Assembly (NCBI GenBank): GCA_043228905.1
Contig: JBHGNT010000340.1
Span: 1-33,140, forward strand
DNA length: 33,140 bases
Reading direction: 5' to 3'
Origin: Azolla caroliniana
Taxonomy: Eukaryota; Plantae; Polypodiophyta
Part shown: positions 1 to 9,917 of the stretch, one piece after another
Numbering within the stretch: the first letter of the stretch is position 1
Layout: each line of letters begins with the position of its first letter
Notes under the pieces: generated by a model
The model's input: the letters and a program-made list of their open reading frames with translations, nothing else
Database searches by the model: none
What the model was told of the DNA's origin: nothing
Program-made: the position numbers and the translations under genes

Positions 1-20
1 AACTTTTCTGTCTATTGATT

Positions 21-80
21 ATCTTGTGTATTGTTGTGTCTAATCTTGTGTATTGTGGAATATTTTTGTGTATTGTTGTT
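21..80 (+). repeat. Three imperfect copies of (ATC)TTGTGTATTGTTG, ~22-bp period
   Basis: Seen directly. It is followed by a T-rich tract and TTTAG at 121-125, which may be the acceptor of an upstream intron. Confidence 0.55.
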
Positions 81-134
81 GCCCATAGCCATCTTTAATA
101 CTTGTTTTTTTTTCTGGAAATTTAGGGTTTTAAC

Positions 135-3100
135 ATGTCCAGCCAAATGGAAGGGGAAGAAGGGTGTTTAGAATTACCCCTCAATGATCATAAGGATAGG
201 GATGATGCTATCAGGACACAACAAGCCATACGAAACTATTGGGCAGAAAAAAAAAGGAAACATCGTCAATTGTTGAAGGATACGAAAGCCACACTCAATA
301 AAGGTAAGGATAGTTTAGTTGAGAATGTAAGTAATGCGACTACCATCATAGAGAGAAAGGTTGTAGACTATTTCAATTTTCAAACCAAGCACATCAGCAA
401 TGAAGAAAAGAAGGTAGTACTTTATGGAATATGTAATGATCCATCGATAAAGGACTTAGTTGATTGTGATGGTCTTAATGCAAATATATCATCTATTTTA
501 GTAAATAATCTTCGTAATAGTTTCGTATCCATGAGCAGGTCAGAAGATGATCTTGTCTTAAAAAGGTCTAGTCTAATGATGTTACTTAATAGTGATGTTG
601 ACGATATAAACATCAGTGAGCTATCTAAGGTAATTGGTGTTAGTAGAAAAACAGTGTACAATACAATGAACCGTATAATTTCCTCGGGTGAAGGAACTAG
701 TCTACTAAAGCTAACTACAAGATGTAAGCCAATGACACCCATAACATTTGAAATCAAGGATGTAATCACAATGTTTTGGACTAATGAGAGTAGGGTTTCA
801 CCCAATAAAAAGGATTTATGCAAGAAACGTGTTGGAAGAAATCAATACGAGGAGCATCCCATTCATCTTCTTGATGTACCTCAGGTATTTACATTTATCT
901 CAACATTTGTTTTGACTCTACTCGGAAAGTTAATTAGCTCAGTTAGTAGAAAAGCTAATTAGCTTATCAGTTACATTTACCTCAGTTAGCTACTAGGATA
1001 GCTACTACATAGGTAACTGGCTACTCTCAATAGCTACTACCATGATAGCTAATTAGCTATTCTCAATAGCTAATTTAGGTACTACCAGATAATTAGCTGT
1101 ACTGGTAGCTAGTTAGCTATCATGGTAGCTAGTTAGCTATTTCGTTATTACCAGCTAATTAGCTACTAGGAAAGCTAATTAGCTACTAGGAAAGCTAATT
1201 AGCTACCATGATAGCTAATTAGCTACTAGGATAGCTACTACATAGGTAACTAGCTACTCTCAATAGCTACTACCATGATAGCTAATTAGCTATTCTCAAT
1301 AGCTAATTTAGGTACTACCAGATAATTAGCTGTACTGGTAGCTAGTTAGCTATCATGGTAGCTAGTTTGCTATTTCGTTATTACCAGCTAATTAGCTACT
1401 AGGAAAGCTAATTAGCTACCATGATAACTAATTAGCTTACTAGGATAGCTAATTAGCCACCGTGATAGCTAATTAGCTACTAGACCAGCTAATTTGCTAC
1501 CATGATAGCTAATTAGTTAGGACAACTAATTAGCCACCATTATAGCTAATTCGCTACTAGACCAGCTAATTAGCTACCATGATAGCTAATTAGCTACTAG
1601 ACCAGCTAATTAGCCACCATGATAGCTAATTAGTTACTAGGACAGCTAATTAGCCACCATGATAGCTAATTAGCTACTAGACCCACTAATTAGCTACCAT
1701 GATAGCTAATTAGCTACTAGACTAGCTAATTAGCTACCATGATAGCTAATTAGTTACTAGGAAAGCTAATTAGCCACCATGATAGCTAATTAGCTACTAG
1801 AGCAACTAATTAGCTACTAGAGCAGCTAATTAGCTACCATGATAGCTAATTAGCTACTAGAATAGCTAATAAGCTACTAGAATAGCTAATTAGCTACTAG
1901 GATAGTTAGCTAGTTCCGAGAATAACTAATTCCCCTTTATTACGCAGGTCGATTTATTTATTAGGTTCAAACGAATGCATCCAACTATCAAAGTTCAACT
2001 ACGAACATTCGAGTCTCTTAAGCCACACTTTGTGAGATGCTTAAAGGATCGATACACATGTTGTTGCATTTACCATGTACAGATGGGTTTTCTGAAGGAC
2101 TCTGTTAATCTACTACGTCACCATAGCGCATCCCTAACTAATATAGTTTGCACATGTGGGTGCCCAATCTGTCGATCAAGCCCGCAAGAGGAGTGTAAAT
2201 TATCTGAGCACGTTATCTCTTCCATGAGTTATTTATTAGATTCAATATTGTGTCTGAGAGAAACTGACGCTATCTTCCATATTCATAACTGTGTCATGGG
2301 TTTATGTCAAGATTGTGGCCCTACTAGATTTAGGTGGTGTCCAAATGAATTGAGTAGTGAAATATTGATCTCTGTGAAGTTATTTGAGTCAGTGAACACC
2401 AATTTCGAAGGAAAGGTGTGTAAAAGAAAGGATCTAGTTCGAAAGATGCTTAAACCAAGGGATTTGGTGTCTCTGTTTGTAGTATCTCTAGGAAAGTTCA
2501 TTAAACACAACTTCATTTATTCATGGCAGGCCCATCAGTTTAAGACTTGCATATCTGATTTCCCAAATGATGTAGTAGTCTCAATAGTAGATTTCGCAGA
2601 GAATTATACTTTCAAGCAGCAGAATGAAATTCAATCTATGCATTGGTGTTCAGTTCAGGTAACCATTTTTGTGCACATAACATATTTTCGAGCTTCAGGT
2701 GATGTTAAAAAAGTAATTCATTTCTTTATTTTCGATGATAAGAAGCATGATACCTTGTTCGTCCAACACTGTTTTAAGTTACATTGGCAGTGGTTATTAG
2801 CTCAACGTTTGGAGCTTACTCAACATTGGCTCTGGTCTGACGGAGTTGCGTCACAATTCAAAGCTCGACGTCCATTTTATTTTGTGGGGAGGTATCCTGC
2901 TATAACAGGTTTGGAGATGAGATGGAATTTTTTTGGGTCTGGCCATGGTAAAGGTGAACATGATGGTGCAGGGGCTGTTATAAAGCGGGCACTTACCCAT
3001 GAACAACTAAAGATAGATGGTGTGCACATGAATTGTGCATCACATGTAGTTGAATTTTTAAGAACAAATATGTCAACGAGTGCCACATGTGTTTATTCCT

Positions 3101-3789
3101 CGCAAGTCCGAGATATCAAACGTGAATTTTGGGAAGTGATGATAGATGAAGTAAATAGGGAGAAGACCTGGGAGTGCCAAGGAATTCCCGAATTGCAATC
3201 TCTGCATGTTGTTCGCAGTTATTCCAGGTTGGATGGTCATTGTATTGCGATTAGAGAATTGACTTGTTTTTGCTTCCATTGTGTGCATGGAAATTGGAGA
3301 TATTGTCTAAACAAAGCATACATTCAGAATTGGGAGTATCACGCTCTGAATGATAAGGAAGCAGTCGATGGAGAAACAGGGCAGAATGTTGACTTCACAT
3401 ATGAGGGACTTGGAGATACTTTGAGTGATGTCCTGAACGTTGGGGATAACTTCGCTGTAAATGCTGAAGAAGGCAATTCAGAGGGTGTCGATTTCTATAT
3501 ATTAAAGTGCACGGTTAGTAAACAGTGTGCAAGGCCGAATATTGTAGATGCTTGGGGAAATTTTGTATCTGCCGGGACATTCTACATCGAAGGCATTTTT
3601 TATGCAAAACTAGATGACTATGAATATGTGTACAGGCTGTTAGAAGACAAACCAGCGGCGTACATGTACTCTCATTTGGTCAGGTGCATCAATGTCCCAA
3701 TGTCAGAATACAATAGCTGCTCAGGTTTATACACTGTTGGTGCTAATGTGTATGAATGTATTTACAATAGTATGCCATGGAATTTGTAG
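135..3789 (+). CDS. Spliced DDD transposase, Sola (probably Sola2)-like; exons 135-884 and 1948-3789, 863 aa
   Basis: Donor CAG|GTATTT at 884/885, branch-like ACTAAT near 1925 and acceptor TACGCAG|GTC at 1947/1948 join the two ORFs in phase 0. Exon 1 has an HTH (ISELSKVIGVSRKTVYNT). Exon 2 has Cys/His clusters (CCCIYH, CTCGCPIC, CVMGLCQDC), catalytic motifs DFAENY, WSDGVASQFK and GHGKGEHDGAGAVIKR, and a C-terminal CFCFHC. The subfamily call is from recalled motifs. Confidence 0.8.
930..1930 (+). repeat. Intronic satellite of ~20-bp units built on the palindrome TAGCTAATTAGCTA, with 40-bp dimers and a 233-bp-offset duplication
   Basis: Units AGCTAATTAGCTACTAGACC and AGCTAATTAGCTACCATGAT alternate over ~1440-1900. 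Block ~986-1187 is repeated at ~1219-1420. The array fills intron 885-1947. Confidence 0.95.
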
Positions 3790-3964
3790 CTACAAGTAGC
3801 ACTTACCATGTTCTCTTGTAAAACAAACATGTATTTCGCGAAAACAGTTAAATAAATTCGTTTGGAATCAATTTCTTGTATACAGTCTGCTTTCTGTGCT
3901 TCTTTCTCAATAAAATCATGTCTTTTTTGTTAAGTTTTAAGTTATAAGTTATAGCGAAATAGTC

Positions 3965-4025
3965 ATCAGTAGCTAATTAGCTGTACAAATGCAGCTAATT
4001 AGCTGTCAATAGCTAAATAGTCATC
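3965..4025. repeat. Short cluster of AGCTAATTAGCT motifs between convergent 3' ends
   Basis: GTAGCTAATTAGCTG and GCAGCTAATTAGCTG are seen directly. Confidence 0.8.
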
Positions 4026-4235
4026 AATAGCATGAAATCAACAATCTACAACATATTCCTCAAATTACACAGTAGATAAGTACAATGGGAACAAGTAATT
4101 AAATTCTTCACTGAATAATGTCATCTCTTTACATATTTATAAATTACCATTGGAAATGTCTACAAATCTCCTATAAACAGCTAAGCTCTTGCTAGTCAGT
4201 GGAACGAGTCTACATATATTATCCGCATATCGAGC

Positions 4236-5192
4236 TCAGTATGGAGTCCACAACCATGCACCTAGTTGGCAGCTCACTGTTTGCACCAGGTACTGTTCAG
4301 GCATTTCCTCGGGTAGAATGAGACAGCATCTCCGAATATTGAAGTAGTGCTGAAAATGTTCTGTATCCAAAATCAATGTATTGTCGGCATTATATTCAGG
4401 CCAAGTAGCCCAAAAATCAGAAAGTCTCTTGAATCTTGCAGCTTCCATTTGCTCACAATTTTCTTGTGCCCATTGACGTTTAAAACGACTTCGCCATTTT
4501 GGGAAGAATCTTGCCAAACACTTCCACACATCTGATTTTGGTTTTTCACTCCAAATAAACAAATCAAAGTATTGCACAACCCACTCTAGAAATTGATTCG
4601 CGTCCCTCCTTGGCTGCATATATCTCACACTCATCAAGACTTTATCAAGCTCCAAGATCAAGGCTCTTCTTTCGACTTCTAGTGGTTTAGGTTTCCATTC
4701 CTGAAATTGAGCCGCTGTTACACCATTTTCTGGTAGAATACGATCAATCTCAATCAGCTCAGGTTCGGCCGACACAACTGGCGTCCTTTTCCTCTTCAAA
4801 CCCCTAGTCGACTGTGTTGGGCTTGGCTTCACATTCTGGTGCTCTTGTTTTGTCGACTTAGTTATCAATCCTTGGATTACCTCGGTGCATGTAGCTACTG
4901 ATCTGCTCGATATCAGTCCACTGGTATCACATGCTGCATCTACCTGCAACACCAAGTCATCCGTGCAACATGCTTGATCAACTTGTGTGACCAGATCACT
5001 TGTGTCAGTTGCTACATCTACTTTCAAGATGGGGCCCTTTAAACATGCCGCAACATCAACAGTATCCACACTGCCATTGGCCTTACGAGCAATAGAATCA
5101 AACCCTTTAGACTCTGCAACATCAGAAAACACCATCATATTCACACACACAAAGTAACTAACAGTCTCACAAAACAATATCCTGAACATCAA
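4236..5192 (-). CDS. FCP1/NIF (CTD phosphatase-like HAD) domain protein with degenerate catalytic motif and N-terminal 13-aa repeats
   Basis: ALILELDKVL (cf. LVLDLDETL), FLEWVVQYFDLFIWS, WAQENC and FKRLSDFW..PEYNADNTLILD match the NIF/FCP1 pattern. KRKR is a likely NLS. A probable acceptor TTGCAG|AG at 5114/5113 means the true 5' exon is unresolved. The TGA at 4236-4238 may be a CGA>TGA change, since the frame stays open to 4137. Confidence 0.7.
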   Translation of the reverse strand: MMFRILFCETVSYFVCVNMMVFSDVAESKGFDSIARKANGSVDTVDVAACLKGPILKVDVATDTSDLVTQVDQACCTDDLVLQVDAACDTSGLISSRSVATCTEVIQGLITKSTKQEHQNVKPSPTQSTRGLKRKRTPVVSAEPELIEIDRILPENGVTAAQFQEWKPKPLEVERRALILELDKVLMSVRYMQPRRDANQFLEWVVQYFDLFIWSEKPKSDVWKCLARFFPKWRSRFKRQWAQENCEQMEAARFKRLSDFWATWPEYNADNTLILDTEHFQHYFNIRRCCLILPEEMPEQYLVQTVSCQLGAWLWTPY

Positions 5193-5362
5193 AGAGTTTC
5201 AGTCATAGAACAACACTCTTCAAATTATTTTGGAAAAACATCATAGAGTTCCATTACATAATGTGGATCAAGCAACAACCAATCTGAGGTTTTACTTGTC
5301 CAATAGGATAGTAAAACTTCATAAAACCCTAGCAAAATCCCTAAGCTAAAAATCATATCCAA

Positions 5363-8300
5363 CTAAACAATATTTCGCTCCACTACGTCTGGGCCCCTTG
5401 ACCGAGTAACTGGTCTTGTTCCCGATCGTGGCCCCTTCTTCAGCCTTTTTCTGGTTGGTTCCCCATTTAGCCTTGCTTCTTTCACCCAATGCGCAAGTGT
5501 GTCCTCCTCCGACAACCTTCCCATCGCCTCAGTAGCTAATTGCACATCAGCCGTTTCTTGAACTAGCTTTTCAAGTACAGAGGGATCTGTTTGGACATTT
5601 TCAGTAATTGGGCTCGGTGGGGTGGAATCAAGGTCTTGAGATTCGAAGAAATGTTGCATCAAGTGTTCATAAACACTGTTGTTGTGAACCTCAGTTTTAC
5701 ATGTTGTTTCCACTATTTCATGGCATTTCACATCGTTGCCTAATTCAGTACACTGTTCCAAAAGAATAGGGTGGAACTGATCTGAAGGAGATGTGATAGC
5801 AGGACTCTTACTTTCAGCCACGTTGGCAGCAGTATCCTCATCTGTTGCAGCGTCATCAGCACCAGACACATCATGTGCCGTCCTTAATCCACAAGATTCT
5901 ACAATAACATGGCAGCTATTTAGGATAGCTAATTAGCTACTTTACTAAACTATGGTAGAAGCTAGGATAGCTAATTAGCTAGTACGATAGCTAATTAGGA
6001 TAGCTAATTAGCTAGTACGATAGCTAATTAGCTACTTTACTCAACTATGGTAGTAGCTAGGATAGATAATTAGCTACTATGGTAGCTAATTAGCTACTTG
6101 ACTCAACTATGGTAGTAGCTAGGATAACTAATTAATTAGCTACTTTACTCAACTATGGTAGTAGCTAGGATAACTAATTAGCTACTATGGTAGCTAATTA
6201 GCTACTTTACTCAACTATGGTAGTAGCTAGGATAGCTAATTAGCTACTTTACTCAACTATGGTAGTAGCTAGGATAGCTAATTAGCTACTATGGTAGCTA
6301 ATTAGCTACTTTACTCAACTATGGTAGTAGCTAGGATAGCTAATTAGCTACTTTCTCAACTATGTAGTAGCTAGGATAGCTAATTAATTAGCTACTTTAC
6401 TCAACTATGGTAGTAGCTAGGATAGCTAATTAGCTACTATGGTAGCTAATTAGCTACTTTACTCAACTATGGTAGTAGCTAGGATAGCTAATTAGCTACT
6501 TTACTAACTATGGTAGTAGCTAGGATAGCTAATTAGCTACTAGGATAGCTAATTAGCTACAATGAAAGCTAATTAGCTACTTTCTCAACTATGTAGTAGC
6601 TAGGATAGCTTATTAGCTACTAGGATAGCTAATTAGCTGCTAGTAGCTAATTAGCTACTAGGATAGCTTATTAGCTACTTTACACAACTATGGCAGTAGC
6701 TAATTAGCTACTATGATAGCTAATTAGCTAGTAGGATAGCTAATTAGTTGCCAGTAGCTAATTAGCTACTAGGATAGCTAATTAGCTAGTAGGATAACTA
6801 ATTAGTTGCTAGTAGCTAATTAGCTAGTAGGATAGCTAATTAGCTTTTTTACACAACTATGGTACTAGCTAATTAGCTAGTACCATAGCTAATTAGCTAC
6901 TAGGATAGCTAATTAGCTACTAGGATAGCTTATTAGCTACTTTACACAACTATGGCAGTAGCTAATTAGTTACTAGGATAACTAATTAGTTGCCAGTAGC
7001 TAATTAGCTAGTAGGATAGCTAATTAGCTTTTTTACACAACTATGGTACTAGCTAATTAGCTAGTACCATAGCTAATTAGCTACTAGGATAGCTAATTAG
7101 CTAGTAGCTCATTAGCTGCCAGTAGCTAATTAGCTAGTAGGATAGCTAATTAGAAAAGACTTAGCTTATTAGCTACAGTATGGTATACCTGTTAGTTTTC
7201 TCCACTCATTTGGTAGAGATGTACTGCAATCTCCCAAACAGAATGCAGCAATTCGACAGGCATGTTGAAAACAAAGCAGATGGTATGTGTGGTTGCAAGG
7301 TTGTAGGTGAACCAACAAAGACGCAGTTTTGTCCTCCACACCTAACCCGCAAGCGATGCAACGTGCTTGAACTGTCAATAAATCATTTTCTGGTTCTGCT
7401 TCATTTGGTAAGGGACCAAGAATGTTCAGGTCCAAATCTTGTCTGGTCCTTACCATTCCCTCCACAAAATGTAGCTGCTTCTTAAGGCAGCTAACTACCT
7501 GTTCTTGATGAATGTATTGTTCCTTCAACGCAACAGAGAAATTTACTGATTAATTATTCTTGTTGTTGAAAGATACACCAACTTTGCTCAGGAATCATTT
7601 ACTTACTTGAAGCTTATCCAAATTGTAATCTGCAACAGTATTTACACCTAGAAGGTCCAGGTTCATTGAAAGAACCTGGATCTCTATTTGCAGTTCTATT
7701 TTACGTTGGGGATCCAGTGGCCCCTCTAATTCAAGCTCCTGTTGCGCAACCTATTCCAGATAATGCTTGATTAGCACATTTTACCCTTAAATTTATTTAT
7801 AACACAATCACATACCAGCAAAACAATAGTTACCTGAATCTTATTTCTAATTGTTGTAACAACGGAAGTAACTTTGCTCTCCATTGCAGAAGCCATTGTG
7901 GCTTTCTCTAAATCAGTCTTAAAAAATGCCAATGTCTCACAGGCTTCATGGACATTTTTTAGCATATAGCTAACCAATGTCTCACCTGTATCATCGACAT
8001 TGGCTTTCCTTGGGTGTTGGTGTGGTGTATGACCCCGGTCTTGCTGGGAGTCGATAGTTGCATCAACAACTGCCATGCTCCAAAATCTATCTACTTTTTG
8101 TGCCAAGGTCCCCATCTTTCGGCATCTTTTTACCGATGCCTCACCATAGACTGCCCAAGCTACCCTATACATTTCAGGGTCTCTGGATTCCTTCGTTGTT
8201 TTGCAGTACTCATATGCAAATGCTCTAGCAAATGAGACTGGCAACTCATTGTTGACTGGGATCTCCTGATGAACTTTCTGGTGCAGTCTCATGCAGTCAT

Positions 8301-9170
8301 CGTACAAGTCGGCTCGTACATGCTTCAGCTTGACCTTGCCTTTGACTCTAGGCACTGTATATACTGTCATCCAGTCTACATCACTGATCAATTTATCACT
8401 TAGGATAGCAGGGTCAACACCCTCGAGTGACAGACCATAGGTGTTGTGGAAGTCCTCCTTTGTCTTGCAAAATTTTGCGAAGTTTAGCACTCTCATATAC
8501 GGAGGAACGAGCCATTTGAAATATCATTTCAGAAATCAGAAATAGTGCAAAATCAGAATATGTGAGAATCAGAAACCCCAATCAACAACAACAAAAATGG
8601 TGCAAAATCTTTAACTTAGCAAATCAGAAACCCTAATCATAATTTGTATTCAGAAATTTGAAATCAGAAACCCTAATCAAAATCTGTAATTAGAAGTTTG
8701 AAATCAGAAACCCTAATCAAAATCTGTAATCAGAAGATTGTAACCAGAAACCTTATTAAGAAATTCTAATCAGAAATTTATAATAAAAAAACCTAATCGG
8801 AAATTTCAATTAGAAACCCTAATAAAAAATTTCTATCACAAACCCTAATCAGAAATCCTAAACAGAAATTTATAAACAAAAACCCTATTCAGAAATTCTA
8901 ATCTGTAATCAAAATTTGTAACCAAAAACCCTATTCAGAAATTCTAATCAGAAATTTATAATCAAAAACCCTAATCAGAAATTTCAATCAGAAACCCTAA
9001 TCAGAAATTTCAATCACAAACACTAATCAGAAATTCTAATCAGAAATTTATAAACAAAAACCCTAATCAGAAATTTCAATCAGAAACCCCAATCATCACT
9101 AAAGACAAGATTAACCACAAAAAAAAGTAATATAAACACACCTGTTGCTACTCCCCGATTTGCGAGACAT
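5363..9170 (-). CDS. Multi-exon RING-H2 / coiled-coil protein; exons (9170-9142), 8515 or 8496-7834, 7750-7607, 7522-7189, 5898-5363
   Basis: GT-AG introns 7833-7751 (83 bp, phase 0), 7606-7523 (84 bp, phase 0) and 7188-5899 (1290 bp, phase 1) join three listed ORFs plus a 48-codon exon into a 558-aa frame from ATG 8496. RING-H2 C-x2-C-x17-C-x-H-x2-H-x2-C-x10-C-x3-C lies at 7360-7226, and the basic NLS-like RKRLKK is near the C-terminus. The first micro-exon is tentative because its acceptor reads AA. Confidence 0.75.
5913..7175 (-). repeat. Second TAGCTAATTAGCTA satellite filling the 1290-bp intron of the RING gene
   Basis: Units GATAGCTAATTAGCTACTATGGTAGCTAATTAGCTACTTTACTCAACTATGGTAGTAGCTAG and shorter 17-20-bp variants are seen directly. 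Confidence 0.95.
8525..9095. repeat. Tandem array of ~13-bp subunits (AATCAGAAACCCT / AATCAGAAATTTC) containing telo-box AAACCCTA
   Basis: More than ten AAACCCTA(AT)-like copies are interleaved with CAGAAATTT units. The array lies within predicted intron 9141-8516. Confidence 0.9.
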
Positions 9171-9649
9171 CCTTATATGGGACTCCAAGGACTTCGCCCT
9201 ATTCGATTTTGGGGAAATATGAATCGGCACCAAAGTTCAAACAGTAGTAAAAAAGAAAAAACAAATGTTTGGGGTTTCTGTAATTGAAACATACCTGGAC
9301 GATGATCGAGCGGGTTCTGTGTTGTAGCTCTCAATCTGCAATGTCGATTTTCTGCTGTTGCGGGAGCTACGTCTACGTTCGTGCTCTGAGTACTCCATCT
9401 GCATTCAAAATCAGACTTAGGCAAAACAGGAAATTGATGACATTGAAGTCGACCTTAGATGATGGTGTTATTCCCCAAGTTCCACTACGTCTGAAACAGA
9501 AGTTCAAATATTTGAGTTTTTTCATAAATTAGTTTTTCAAATATTTGATTTTCCCACAAAAAAGACTAGCTAAAAAAATAGCTAATTAGCTATGGCCATT
9601 TTAGTAGCTAATTAGCTATAATAGTGTTTCCACTCACATGCTTTTACGC

Positions 9650-9917
9650 TAATTCGACTTTATCGGCTACTTAACAATAAGGCCTTCACTTAATACACAC
9701 GTAAGATATAACAATTAACACAGAACAGTAATCAATACGTGACGATAAAACAAGAAGCTTATATTAATTCTCCGTTAAAGTTTTACATTGTAACCGGGCC
9801 TTTATATAGGTCACCAGTGTTGTGTACAAAACGGTGCCAACCGGCACCTGTTCGGAACCGGTCCGGATCCGGATCGGCATACCGATTCCGGTCCGTCCGT
9901 TCACTACATAATTATAC
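9650..9917 (-). repeat. 3' LTR (shared portion; may extend to ~9965)
   Basis: 268-bp ungapped match to 17339-17606 with 13 mismatches by hand count (~95%). TATA-like CCTATATAAAGG on minus. Confidence 0.9.

Larger units (their letters stand above)
1..9640. mobile_element. Putative composite Sola-like DNA transposon (transposase plus convergent cargo genes); left end lies outside the window
   Basis: The transposase and two convergent ORF sets share the TAGCTAATTAGCTA motif (930-1930, 3965-4025, 5913-7175, 9568-9620), which I did not see beyond 9620. A possible terminus ...GTTTCCACTC (reverse complement GAGTGG...) ends at 9635. TIR and TSD cannot be checked without the left end. Confidence 0.6.

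Noticed and set aside
885-962. C-terminal hydrophobic tail of the 275-aa ORF (VFTFISTFVLTLLG)
   Set aside because: It is read-through into the intron after the CAG|GT donor, not a real membrane segment.
930-1930. CRISPR-like array of palindromic repeats
   Set aside because: The spacers are 3-25 bp and themselves repeated, there are no cas genes, and the array lies in a spliceosomal intron.
5193-5400. Splicing of the RING gene to the FCP1-like exon as one fusion protein
   Set aside because: I found no convincing in-phase donor before the TAG at 5363-5365. It remains possible but is unsupported without RNA data.
5913-7175. Immunoglobulin switch-region-like AGCT density
   Set aside because: The resemblance is superficial: there is no G-rich strand bias or Ig context, and the retroelements indicate a plant.
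8525-9095. Interstitial telomere
   Set aside because: AAACCCTA occurs as isolated motifs in 13/26/39-bp units, not as contiguous (CCCTAAA)n.
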